The notes beneath the pieces are model-generated. The model saw nothing but the letters and a program-made list of their open reading frames with translations. It ran no database searches and was not told the origin of the DNA. From a virus (lineage: Duplodnaviria > Caudoviricetes), in IMG/VR virus record IMGVR_UViG_3300044675_004382, positions 1-34,137 of that record: a DNA stretch of 34,137 nucleotides. One strand, 5' to 3'. Positions 16,096 through 25,100 of this stretch are shown here, one piece after another. Position 1 is the first letter of the stretch; every line of letters begins with the position of its first letter. Both the position numbers and the translations under genes were made by a program.

Positions 16096-16702
16096 GGAAG
16101 GTGGCGATTTAGGCGGCACCGACATAATGGAGTTTGGTGTGGTGGCCGGAGTGCTTGAACAATATGGTGCGGACTTACTTAAGAATATTAGTTACTTTGG
16201 TAATAATAAGGGCGTAGTTGGTAGCGGTGATTTACTTAGTAGCATGGTGCCGGAAATAACAGAGGAAAAAGGGGTTACTACCTTTAGGTTAAGAATGCTA
16301 GATTATTACGATTACCCAAACCAAGGGGTTAAGGGTGTTAATAGTTCTAGCAATGCACCAGGATCGCCGTACCAATATAGAAACTACGGCATGAGTAGCG
16401 AGGGTAGGGCATCGCTTAAAAGGTATATATTAAGCGGCAAGGCAAAGATAAGGAGCGTGCAGAATGATAAGGCGCTAGGCAAGGGAGGCGAAAAGATAGG
16501 CGTGGCGTTTAGTAGTAAGAAAACCTTAATTGATAAGCAAGTAGACACGCTAGCTTATTTAATTAAGCGCTTTGGTATTAAAAAGACTAACTACTTTACG
16601 GATGCTTTTAACAAGACCTTTCAAAACTTTGAAGTTGATATGATGGAAGCGGCCGGACGAGACATAGTGATAACATTTAATAGATTAAATAAAAGACAAT
16701 AA
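16055..16702 (+). CDS. Putative tail completion/neck protein (HK97 gp10-like)
   Basis: SGDLLSS, YYDYPNQGVKG, GIKKTNYF..AF pattern; late operon. Confidence 0.55.
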   Translation: MSININKAQADFLREGGDLGGTDIMEFGVVAGVLEQYGADLLKNISYFGNNKGVVGSGDLLSSMVPEITEEKGVTTFRLRMLDYYDYPNQGVKGVNSSSNAPGSPYQYRNYGMSSEGRASLKRYILSGKAKIRSVQNDKALGKGGEKIGVAFSSKKTLIDKQVDTLAYLIKRFGIKKTNYFTDAFNKTFQNFEVDMMEAAGRDIVITFNRLNKRQ

Positions 16703-17922
16703 TGGCAATAACAAACATAGCCTTCCCTAGTGGAAGTCCAACTGTTCAAGATACCCTATGGCATATCTTTGATTCCAATATAACAAGCGGCGATTTAAAA
16801 TACGTCATGGATATATTTGTAGGCGGAACCCAACAAGTAAGGGTGAAGCTTTACCCAGAGCCAACAAGCGGCTTAGGGTATTTTGATGCTGGACCAATAG
16901 TCCGAAATACAATGACTTATGAATGGTTAACACCTAAAGAAGAGATTTTAATGTGTGAACCAAATGCAAGTGGGCAAGTAGCACAGACTTACCAATATAG
17001 AATTGGCGAAGAATATAGTGGCGTCACTTATTTAAACCTTGCTAGTGGTAACGTGGTAGCTTATAACTGGGTGCCGCCGGTATTTAAACGCAAGGTGAGT
17101 GACATAAGCACATATACAAATATGTTCTTTACAAATAGGCCTTATACTATTAAGGCAAGCCTTGGAGACAATATACACATTCCGGCTAGGAATATTAATA
17201 ACTTTTTATTTACTACTTATAATAATTTTAACCAGCTTTTGAATACCACTGTTATAAACCTTGGTGGCAATAAAAGCTTTGCGCAGTTAAATGTAGGATC
17301 TATCGCTTTAAATAAAATAGCAAACGTGATTGATGATTCTGTTAAGTATTATCAAATCCCTATTGAAGAAAGTAATTATTACAATAGGATGCTAGCGGCT
17401 GGTGCAATTGTTGAAGGCTTAACGTGCTTGATTCAAAAAAATACTTTGCTTGGTAATACTAATAACCTACAAGTTGACTTAACTTGCAACCCTAAGTACG
17501 AAAGCTTTAACTTGCATTTTATGAATAACCTAGGCATGTTTGACACTGCAAAGTTTGGGCTTGTTAGCCGTTTGAATATGGATGTAACTAGAAAAACATT
17601 TGAGACGCGTGATTATAAATACGGCGCAACTTCGGTGACTTATTTTGATGCAAATAATAAATATAACGATAGCAAAATAAACTACCTAAACAAAAAAGAC
17701 TTTACTTATAAATTAACTATGGACGCGCCAACCGATGCCGAGTACGAGTGGCTTGCCGAGTTAATTGGTAGCCCTCAAATATATATGGAAATTGATGGCT
17801 ATTATTACCCAGTTAGTTTAAAAAATACTAATTACGAATATAGCAAATACGTTAATAATAGAATGCGTGTACTAGAGGTAGAAGTGGAAATGAATCAAAC
17901 ACGTTATAGCCAATTAAGATAA
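16702..17922 (+). CDS. Tail structural protein (distal-tail-like)
   Basis: Beta-rich; FMNNLGMFD and WLAELIGSPQIY C-terminal motifs; precedes the large tail-tip gene. Confidence 0.6.
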   Translation: MAITNIAFPSGSPTVQDTLWHIFDSNITSGDLKYVMDIFVGGTQQVRVKLYPEPTSGLGYFDAGPIVRNTMTYEWLTPKEEILMCEPNASGQVAQTYQYRIGEEYSGVTYLNLASGNVVAYNWVPPVFKRKVSDISTYTNMFFTNRPYTIKASLGDNIHIPARNINNFLFTTYNNFNQLLNTTVINLGGNKSFAQLNVGSIALNKIANVIDDSVKYYQIPIEESNYYNRMLAAGAIVEGLTCLIQKNTLLGNTNNLQVDLTCNPKYESFNLHFMNNLGMFDTAKFGLVSRLNMDVTRKTFETRDYKYGATSVTYFDANNKYNDSKINYLNKKDFTYKLTMDAPTDAEYEWLAELIGSPQIYMEIDGYYYPVSLKNTNYEYSKYVNNRMRVLEVEVEMNQTRYSQLR

Positions 17923-17923
17923 T

Positions 17924-20900
17924 ATGACTAGAATATTTATAGAAGGATATGAACTAGATTTAACGCAAGGCTTAAGCAATCAAATAACTTATGCCATTGA
18001 TGACTTACAAAACTTAGATAGCAAAAGTACTGCTTTTACTAAAACAATTGTTTTGCCTGGAACTGCTAACAATAATAAGCTTCTAGGTAATATATTTGAG
18101 TTTAACAATGCTAACTTTTTTAATGAATCGGATCAAAATGTTCTAGCAAACTTTAACGCATCGGTAAGGGCAAATGCAAGAATTGAAGTCGATGGCTTGC
18201 AAATAATGAAAGGCACTTTAAGGCTTCTTGAAATTATCCACGTAGACGGAGCAATAGAATATGAGTGCGCTATATTTGGTGAACTAGGTGGCTTTATTTC
18301 TGCGCTTGGTAATTTACGCCTTGAAGATTTAGATTTTAGTGATTACAACCATAATTATACTTCGGACAATATTACTGCAAGCTGGGAGGCTAGCGGGTCT
18401 AGAGGTACAAACAATAGCGCAGCTTATGGAAGCGGTTACTACTACCCTTTAATAGATTACGGAGCCGATAGTACAAACAAGGTAGACTTTAAGCTTAATG
18501 CTTTTAGACCTTCTTTTTTTGCTAAAGAGTACATTGATAAAATGTTTCAAGATGCTAACTATACTTATACTTCTACTTTTTTAAATAGTACATTTTTCAA
18601 AAGTTTATTAATACCTAACAACCAAAAAGAATTTAGCAAAAAAAGTAGTATTGCTTTTAAAGTATTAAATGAAGGCGATTTTTATACAAACGAATCTGGT
18701 GGCAACGTGCCGATAGGATTTAGCACTACAACTACGCTAGGTAATTTTAATGTCAACGGCACTTATGATTTATTTACTTATAATACTTCAACTGTTTTAA
18801 CCGGATCGCTTAACCTTACTTTAAAAGGTAGCATTGTTTATGGAACACCTATTGGTATTGTAACTTTTAAGGTATTAAAAAACGGAGTTGTAATACATAC
18901 CCAAAATACAACCGCAACTACATTTGATTTAAGCATTGTTATAAACGAAGTTAGTTTTACTTTAAACGATACCTTGCAAATTGCATGGTCTGGCCCTTAT
19001 AGAGAAGACACATACTTTAGCGAACTAACAATTGATAGCGGTAGTGTTACAATTAATAGCGTTGCTATTTATGTACCATTTAACCATGACGATCCTATAA
19101 CTGTTAACGACACAATTCCTAAAGGTATTTTCTTAAAAGACTTCTTTACGTCGATTATGAAAATGTTTAACTTGGTAGTGTATGAAGATAAGTTTACAAC
19201 TAATAATTTAATCATTGAGCCTTATAAAGATTTTTTCACAAACGAGCGCATAGATTGGTCAAACAAATTAGATAGGTCAAAGCCTATTAAATTAAAACCA
19301 ATGAGTGAACTTAATGCAAGATACTACAAATTAAAATATGCGCAAGACAACGACTTCTATAATGAAAACTATCGCAAGGCATTTAATGAAGGATATGCTG
19401 ATAGGATATATGATACTGAATATGAATTTAGTAAAGATTCGGAAGATGTTTCCATAATATTTGCTCCAAGTGTTTTATATAAAGCAACCGGAACCGATAA
19501 AACATATCCGACTATTTACAAAAAGTCAAATAATAACGCGGTTGAGGATCGTATGGATTCTGTTATAAGAATTGGTATGGTTAAAAAAATAACCGGCGTT
19601 GCAAACTGGCGCATACAAAAACAAGATGGAAGTGGTAACTGGTCTGGAGTTTTAAATGCTTTTGGTTATTTTGGACACCTTAACGATCCTAACACGCCCA
19701 CAATAGATTTAAATTTTGGCGCACCCTTAGAAATTTATTTTAGTAATAGTAGCTACCCAAGTGCTAATTTATTTAATACTTACTATTCGCAGTATATGTC
19801 CGAAATAACCGACAAAGATAGTAGGTTATTAACCGGATTTTTTGATTTAACAAATATTGACATTTTTAATTTAGACTTTGCAAAGTATATATTTTTGCAA
19901 GGTGGCCTTTATAAATTAATAAAGGTTTATGATTATAGCGCCGAGACTAACGATACCACAAAGGTAGACTTGCTTCGTGTTATTGATGCGGTTACTGCGG
20001 AGGTAGGGCCAACAACAACTACTACAACAACAACTACAAGCACAACAACTACTACAACAACTTTAGCTACTTTCATCGCATCTTATAGCGAGGTGAGTGC
20101 TTACGATGTGTGTAATAATGTTTGTCCTAACCCAGCAAGGCCAGTAGAAACATTTACAATTTTAGCTGGTGGTAATTCGCTTTGCACTGCTACCGAGTTA
20201 ACAAGTCCTGGCATAGCTAGCGGTGATATTGGGCCAGTCTTTTGGGTAAGTGATTGTAGCGGAACTAGCAGACAATTTATAGTAATACTTGAAAGTGGTT
20301 ACTATGTAGCGATATGGGCTGAAGAGACTTGTCAAACTTGTCCAGCGGTTACAACTACAACTACTAGTACAACAACTACTACAACAACGGCTGCGCCTAC
20401 AACAACAACTAGTACGACAACTACTACAACAACGCCAGCACCGACTACAACTACAAGTACAACAACTACTACAACAACGGCTGCGACAACAACTACTACA
20501 ACAACAGCAGCGCCTACAACTACAACTAGTACAACAACTACTACAACAACTTATGCTGCAATTACATTAAGTGTTAGTCCAGGTTGTACTGGTGGAGAAG
20601 GAACCGGAACTGTTACTGCTAATGGATTTAGTGGCGGTACAGAAAGTTTTGAGTACATTGCAATAAGTTCTAGTTCAAGTAGTGATGCGCTTAGCAAATT
20701 AGACAATTCAGCAACTAGAGACTTTTTAGGAGGTGCTACCGAGTATACTTATACTATGCTTGCTAACGCAACTTATTACGTAGCAATTATGGATGACCTT
20801 GGAAATAAAGGTGTAAGTTCTGGAGCGGTTGTAAATTGTGTAACTACTACAACTACTACTACAACTACTACTACAACAAGTACAACAACTACTACTACAA

Positions 20901-21268
20901 CGGCTGCAACTACAACAACTACAAGTACAACAACTACTACAACTACTTTAGGTTATGCTTTTGTTGACATTGCTAACAACACGGCTGGTACTGACATTAC
21001 AAATATAACTGTTGGCGGAGTGCAAGTAGACGGAGCAGTTTTCCCAATAGTTGCTGGTGATGGCGCAAGTGCTACAACAACTGAAACCGGTGCATCTAAA
21101 ACCATAGTTGTATCTTACACAAATGTAGGTGGTGACTCTGTTGAGGTTATAGATACTGCATCAAATCTTAATTGTACTGGTGCTGGATCAACAAGTAGAT
21201 CCTTTGCTGGACAAGTTGTAAGCGACGGCGGTACATTATCAATCCAAATGTTTGACGGATCATGCTAA
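17924..21268 (+). CDS. Tail tip/hub protein with a C-terminal mucin-like Thr-rich extension
   Basis: N-terminal ~690 aa tail-like (FTKTIVLPGTANN, YYYPLIDYG, IMKMFNL, IDWSNKLD), then three poly-Thr tracts separated by Cys-containing domains. Confidence 0.8.
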   Translation: MTRIFIEGYELDLTQGLSNQITYAIDDLQNLDSKSTAFTKTIVLPGTANNNKLLGNIFEFNNANFFNESDQNVLANFNASVRANARIEVDGLQIMKGTLRLLEIIHVDGAIEYECAIFGELGGFISALGNLRLEDLDFSDYNHNYTSDNITASWEASGSRGTNNSAAYGSGYYYPLIDYGADSTNKVDFKLNAFRPSFFAKEYIDKMFQDANYTYTSTFLNSTFFKSLLIPNNQKEFSKKSSIAFKVLNEGDFYTNESGGNVPIGFSTTTTLGNFNVNGTYDLFTYNTSTVLTGSLNLTLKGSIVYGTPIGIVTFKVLKNGVVIHTQNTTATTFDLSIVINEVSFTLNDTLQIAWSGPYREDTYFSELTIDSGSVTINSVAIYVPFNHDDPITVNDTIPKGIFLKDFFTSIMKMFNLVVYEDKFTTNNLIIEPYKDFFTNERIDWSNKLDRSKPIKLKPMSELNARYYKLKYAQDNDFYNENYRKAFNEGYADRIYDTEYEFSKDSEDVSIIFAPSVLYKATGTDKTYPTIYKKSNNNAVEDRMDSVIRIGMVKKITGVANWRIQKQDGSGNWSGVLNAFGYFGHLNDPNTPTIDLNFGAPLEIYFSNSSYPSANLFNTYYSQYMSEITDKDSRLLTGFFDLTNIDIFNLDFAKYIFLQGGLYKLIKVYDYSAETNDTTKVDLLRVIDAVTAEVGPTTTTTTTTTSTTTTTTTLATFIASYSEVSAYDVCNNVCPNPARPVETFTILAGGNSLCTATELTSPGIASGDIGPVFWVSDCSGTSRQFIVILESGYYVAIWAEETCQTCPAVTTTTTSTTTTTTTAAPTTTTSTTTTTTTPAPTTTTSTTTTTTTAATTTTTTTAAPTTTTSTTTTTTTYAAITLSVSPGCTGGEGTGTVTANGFSGGTESFEYIAISSSSSSDALSKLDNSATRDFLGGATEYTYTMLANATYYVAIMDDLGNKGVSSGAVVNCVTTTTTTTTTTTTSTTTTTTTAATTTTTSTTTTTTTLGYAFVDIANNTAGTDITNITVGGVQVDGAVFPIVAGDGASATTTETGASKTIVVSYTNVGGDSVEVIDTASNLNCTGAGSTSRSFAGQVVSDGGTLSIQMFDGSC
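20012..20062 (+). repeat. Thr tract 1 (T9-S-T7)
   Basis: ACA/ACT codon run, in frame. Confidence 0.95.
20351..20551 (+). repeat. Thr tract 2 (67 aa; xAP-T4-S-T7 units)
   Basis: Approximately 45-nt degenerate tandem units, in frame. Confidence 0.95.
20843..20947 (+). repeat. Thr tract 3 (T12-S-T7-AA-T5-S-T7)
   Basis: ACA/ACT codon run, in frame. Confidence 0.95.
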
Positions 21269-21281
21269 TAAAAAAAACAAT

Positions 21282-22247
21282 ATGATATACATTTGCACAC
21301 AACCTAAGATAGTTTATTACGCATGGCACCTAGAAGTTATGCTCACCAACTTTAAGTCGGTGGGCATACCCGATGATAAAATTCATGTTTTATTATCGGT
21401 AAGTAAAGACCAAAACGATAGGACAAACTGGCCCGAAACAAAAGCAATGTATGAAAGGCTAAAAGAAAAGTTTAACACAATAGCTTTTTTTGAGTACACC
21501 GATACAAGGGTGATGCCTAATTACATACCAAGCGTTATTATGAATGCCGTAAAGCATCACTATAAAGCTTACCCATATCTGCAAAATGAAAATGTGTTTT
21601 TACACGATTGCGATATGATATTCACTAAGCCGGTAGACTTTACCGATTTAGAACAAGACGACACATGTTATGTAAGCGACTCTAAAAGTTTTGTTTGGAG
21701 TGATTACATCCTAGAAAAAGGACAAGACCTTTATGAAGACATGTGCGATATTGTAGGCCTGGATTATAGCGTGCCAATTAAACACCGATTACATAGCGGA
21801 GGCTCCCAGTATATATTTAAAAAAACCGACTTTAGATTTTGGCAAAAAGTAGAAAGCGATAGCGTGGCTTTGTTTGATTACTTCCAAAAGAGCGAGCCGT
21901 TAAGAGTACAAAAGAATCCAAGTTATTACGGCATCCAACAATTTACTGCGGGGATGTGGGGTATGCTTTGGAATTGTTGGTACTACGACCTAGATGTAAA
22001 AATAACCGATAGGCTTGATTTTTGCTGGGGTACCGACCCGATAGAAAAATGGAGCAAGTGCGATATTTTCCATAATTCTGGGGTGACTTACGATATTGGT
22101 AAAAATCATAATATATTCTATAAAGGAGGTTACACCGACAAATTACCTTACGATGATGTAATGAATACCGAATACAATGAGGCCTTTGGGTCTTATAATT
22201 ATACTAACCTTATAAGACAAGTAGCACAAAACACTTGTTTAAAATAA
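21282..22247 (+). CDS. GT-A glycosyltransferase resembling peptide O-glycosyltransferases (GT95/GT96-like)
   Basis: DxD motif FLHDCDMIFTKP; YYAWHLEVMLTNF; NYIPS; FTAGMW; late FHNSG; ATG 21282 after an A-rich leader. Confidence 0.7.
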   Translation: MIYICTQPKIVYYAWHLEVMLTNFKSVGIPDDKIHVLLSVSKDQNDRTNWPETKAMYERLKEKFNTIAFFEYTDTRVMPNYIPSVIMNAVKHHYKAYPYLQNENVFLHDCDMIFTKPVDFTDLEQDDTCYVSDSKSFVWSDYILEKGQDLYEDMCDIVGLDYSVPIKHRLHSGGSQYIFKKTDFRFWQKVESDSVALFDYFQKSEPLRVQKNPSYYGIQQFTAGMWGMLWNCWYYDLDVKITDRLDFCWGTDPIEKWSKCDIFHNSGVTYDIGKNHNIFYKGGYTDKLPYDDVMNTEYNEAFGSYNYTNLIRQVAQNTCLK

Positions 22248-22253
22248 TAACAC

Positions 22254-23840
22254 ATGGCAACTAAAAAGACGCAAGTAGTAGTAGAAATAAAAACCGATTC
22301 GACGCAAGCAACCGCCGAAGTCAATAAAACCAAAGACGAGGTCGCCGGTATTGGCAAGGCCGCCGCCGGTAGTATTGCCGAACTTAAAGAACTTAAAAAA
22401 GCTTTAAGAAATGCCGCCGCTGGTTCCGATGAATTTAAGCAATTATCCGCACAAATTAGAGACGTTGAAGATGGCATTGAAAATGCTAAAGTAGGCGCCA
22501 ACGATTTTGCCGGTGCTTTAGAAAATGCTGGTGGGCCGGTTGGAATGCTAGGTAAAGGAATAAGACAACTAGAAATATTTACCTCTTCATGGGGTGCCGC
22601 TTTAAAGGCCACTGGTATTGGTTTACTTGTTGGCTTAGTTGGCGCACTTGGCGCAGCGTTTGCTAAGAACGAAGACGCAATGAAAAAGCTTGATCCTATT
22701 ATTACTCAATTTGGTAGGATACTTAATGGCATTTTAAGAGCAATGGAGCCGTTAATTGATGCATTTATAAACCTTGCAGAAAAGGCTTTGCCTTATGTTA
22801 GCAAAGGTTTTGAAGTTGCATATAGCGCTTTAAGTTCATTCTTACAAGGCGTTGGATTAGTAGGCTCGGCGGTTAAAAAGTTTATAAGTGGTGACTTTGC
22901 CGGAGCATGGGATGACGCAAAAAAATCCGTTACAGAGTTTGGTACAAGATACGAAGATGCAAATAAACGTTTTATTGCCGGAACTAAAGAGCTTACCGAC
23001 AAAGAAAAAGAAGAACAAGCAACTAGACTAGCTAACCAAAAAGCGGCTGCGGAAAAACGCGAAGCGGAACTTTTAAAGGCGCAAGAAAAAGAACAAGCTT
23101 TACTTTTAAAAAGTTATGAAGATTATTTAAAACGTAGGGAGTTTGCACGTAAAAATCTAGAAGGAGTTTATAATCAAGAAATAAAAGCAAATGCAGAGCA
23201 AGACCAAATTGAAGCCGATAAAAAAAGGAATGACCAAATAAACAAAGACCTAGAATGGCAAACAAAATCAATAGCAAATGTAAGACAAACTGGTGTTCAA
23301 ATATTAGCTATTGACCAAGCAAATGCAGACGCAAGGGCAAAATTAACAAACGAAGAACGTAATTTAAGAGTTAATGCCGCTTATGATATTGCAGACGCTA
23401 GCATGGCTTTAGGTGCTATAATTGGCGAGCAAACCAAAGCTGGCAAGGCTTTAGGTGTGGCAAGTGCTTTAATAAATACTTATACTGGAGCGACCGAAGT
23501 ATTAAGAGCAAAGTCCGTATTACCGGAGCCATTCGGTACAATACAAAAAATTGCATCCGTTGCCGGTATTATTGCCATGGGTATTAGGTCGGTTAAGTCT
23601 ATTATGTCCGTGCAAGTGCCAAGTGTAAGAGGTGCAAGCGGTGGCGGTGGCTCTACGCCAAGCATTCCTACTATGAACGTAAGCGCACCTTTGATGGCGC
23701 AAGCAAGCACAACTACTTTAAACCAAGCGCAAGTTAACCAAATAGGCAACGTAGCGGCAAGGGCATTCGTAGTTGAAAGCGACGTAAGCGGTAACCAAGA
23801 ACGCATCCAAAGACTTAACCGCGCGGCTAGAATTAATTAA
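22254..23840 (+). CDS. Tape measure protein
   Basis: Ala/Gly/Lys-rich helical protein; ATGIGLLV and GDFAGAWDDAK motifs; C-terminal RAFVVESDV. Confidence 0.8.
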   Translation: MATKKTQVVVEIKTDSTQATAEVNKTKDEVAGIGKAAAGSIAELKELKKALRNAAAGSDEFKQLSAQIRDVEDGIENAKVGANDFAGALENAGGPVGMLGKGIRQLEIFTSSWGAALKATGIGLLVGLVGALGAAFAKNEDAMKKLDPIITQFGRILNGILRAMEPLIDAFINLAEKALPYVSKGFEVAYSALSSFLQGVGLVGSAVKKFISGDFAGAWDDAKKSVTEFGTRYEDANKRFIAGTKELTDKEKEEQATRLANQKAAAEKREAELLKAQEKEQALLLKSYEDYLKRREFARKNLEGVYNQEIKANAEQDQIEADKKRNDQINKDLEWQTKSIANVRQTGVQILAIDQANADARAKLTNEERNLRVNAAYDIADASMALGAIIGEQTKAGKALGVASALINTYTGATEVLRAKSVLPEPFGTIQKIASVAGIIAMGIRSVKSIMSVQVPSVRGASGGGGSTPSIPTMNVSAPLMAQASTTTLNQAQVNQIGNVAARAFVVESDVSGNQERIQRLNRAARIN

Positions 23841-23870
23841 AAGTACATAAACTAGAAAAAAGATATTTAT
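23841..23870 (+). promoter_or_regulatory. Putative late promoter 2
   Basis: AAGTAC-N16-ATATTTAT, 5 nt before ATG 23876. Confidence 0.6.
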
Positions 23871-23875
23871 TAAGT

Positions 23876-24487
23876 ATGGACTTACCTATTTACGAACTTA
23901 AGATTCAAGAAGAGTTGCAAGACGATGCCGAGGTATCTTTTATTGCACTTGTAGACAAGCCGGCTATTCAGCGTGACTTTGTGGCATTTAGCCAAGAAAC
24001 TTACGGACAAAGCTTTGCTATCCAGGACGAAGACAAACACATTATAAGCGGGCCATTGATGCTTGCTGATAAGCCTATTTATAGAAACAATAAAAAGTTT
24101 GGCGAACACTTTGTAACCTTTAGCGCCGAGACTATTAAAGACATTGCAATTAAGTTTAGCAAAAAAGGCTACCAAGGCAATGTTAACTTGATGCACGATC
24201 AAGACATGCAGCTTGACGGCTTAATTATGTTTGAAAGTTTTATTGTTGATAAAGCTAGAGGCATACAACCAATGGCGGGATTTGAAGATGCAAAAGACGG
24301 AAGCTGGTTTGGTAGCTTTTATGTAGAAAACGAACAAGCATGGAATTTAATTAAACAAGGCAAAGTAAAGGGCTTTAGCGTTGAGGGTTACTTTGAATAC
24401 CCTAGCGAAAAGAAGGCTTTAACCTATGCCGAACAAAAGCTAGCAGAACTAGCAGAGTTATTAAAAGTACCTTTAACACTTAAATAA
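23876..24487 (+). CDS. Prohead protease (XkdF-like serine protease)
   Basis: IALVDKPAI, NLMH, GSWF, KVKGFSVEG. Confidence 0.85.
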   Translation: MDLPIYELKIQEELQDDAEVSFIALVDKPAIQRDFVAFSQETYGQSFAIQDEDKHIISGPLMLADKPIYRNNKKFGEHFVTFSAETIKDIAIKFSKKGYQGNVNLMHDQDMQLDGLIMFESFIVDKARGIQPMAGFEDAKDGSWFGSFYVENEQAWNLIKQGKVKGFSVEGYFEYPSEKKALTYAEQKLAELAELLKVPLTLK

Positions 24488-24494
24488 TATATAT
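24465..24494 (+). promoter_or_regulatory. Putative late promoter 3
   Basis: AAGTAC-N16-ATATATAT, 4 nt before ATG 24499. Confidence 0.6.
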
Positions 24495-24498
24495 AAAC

Positions 24499-25083
24499 AT
24501 GGAACAAGCACAAAACATTCTAAACAAAGTTTCTATGTTCTTTGCAGAACTAGTAGGAAACGAACAAATGCCAATGCCTAGCGGCGAAGTGGCGGCTCCA
24601 GTTAAAATGATGGAAGCTAAATTAAAAGACGGAACAATAGTTGAAGTTACCGAACTAGCAGTAGGCGGTATTGTAACTATTGAAGGCGTACCGGCACCAG
24701 TTGGCGAACACACACTTGAAAGCGGTGAAGTTATTGTTTTAGGCGATAATGGAGCAATCATGGAAATTAAGCCAAAGATGGAAGAAGTAGAAGTAGAAGT
24801 TGAAGCTAAGAAAGAAGAAGAAGATATGAGCGCAAAGTTTGCTGCTTTTGAATCTGCAACTAACGAAAAGTTCACTGCTTACGAAAACAAATTTGCTCAA
24901 TACGAAGCTAAACTTGGTCAAGCAAATAAAGTAATTGAAGGCCTTATGCAAATTAGCAAGATGCTAGTTGAGGCACCTCAAAGCGCACCGGATGCTGGTG
25001 TTAAAACAAGCAACGCTTTTGCAACTGAAAAATTAGATGCTAAAGCAGAGTTCGAGAAATTTTCTAAATCAATTTGTTCATAA
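24499..25083 (+). CDS. Capsid scaffold-like protein
   Basis: Acidic, coiled-coil C-terminal half; lies between the protease and the capsid gene. Confidence 0.65.
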   Translation: MEQAQNILNKVSMFFAELVGNEQMPMPSGEVAAPVKMMEAKLKDGTIVEVTELAVGGIVTIEGVPAPVGEHTLESGEVIVLGDNGAIMEIKPKMEEVEVEVEAKKEEEDMSAKFAAFESATNEKFTAYENKFAQYEAKLGQANKVIEGLMQISKMLVEAPQSAPDAGVKTSNAFATEKLDAKAEFEKFSKSICS

Positions 25084-25100
25084 ACTAAAAATTAAATAAA

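Noticed and set aside
20012-20947. ACA/ACT tandem repeats as a CRISPR array or non-coding microsatellite
   Set aside because: No constant repeat with unique spacers; the repeats are in frame and vary at synonymous positions, so they are protein-level Thr tracts
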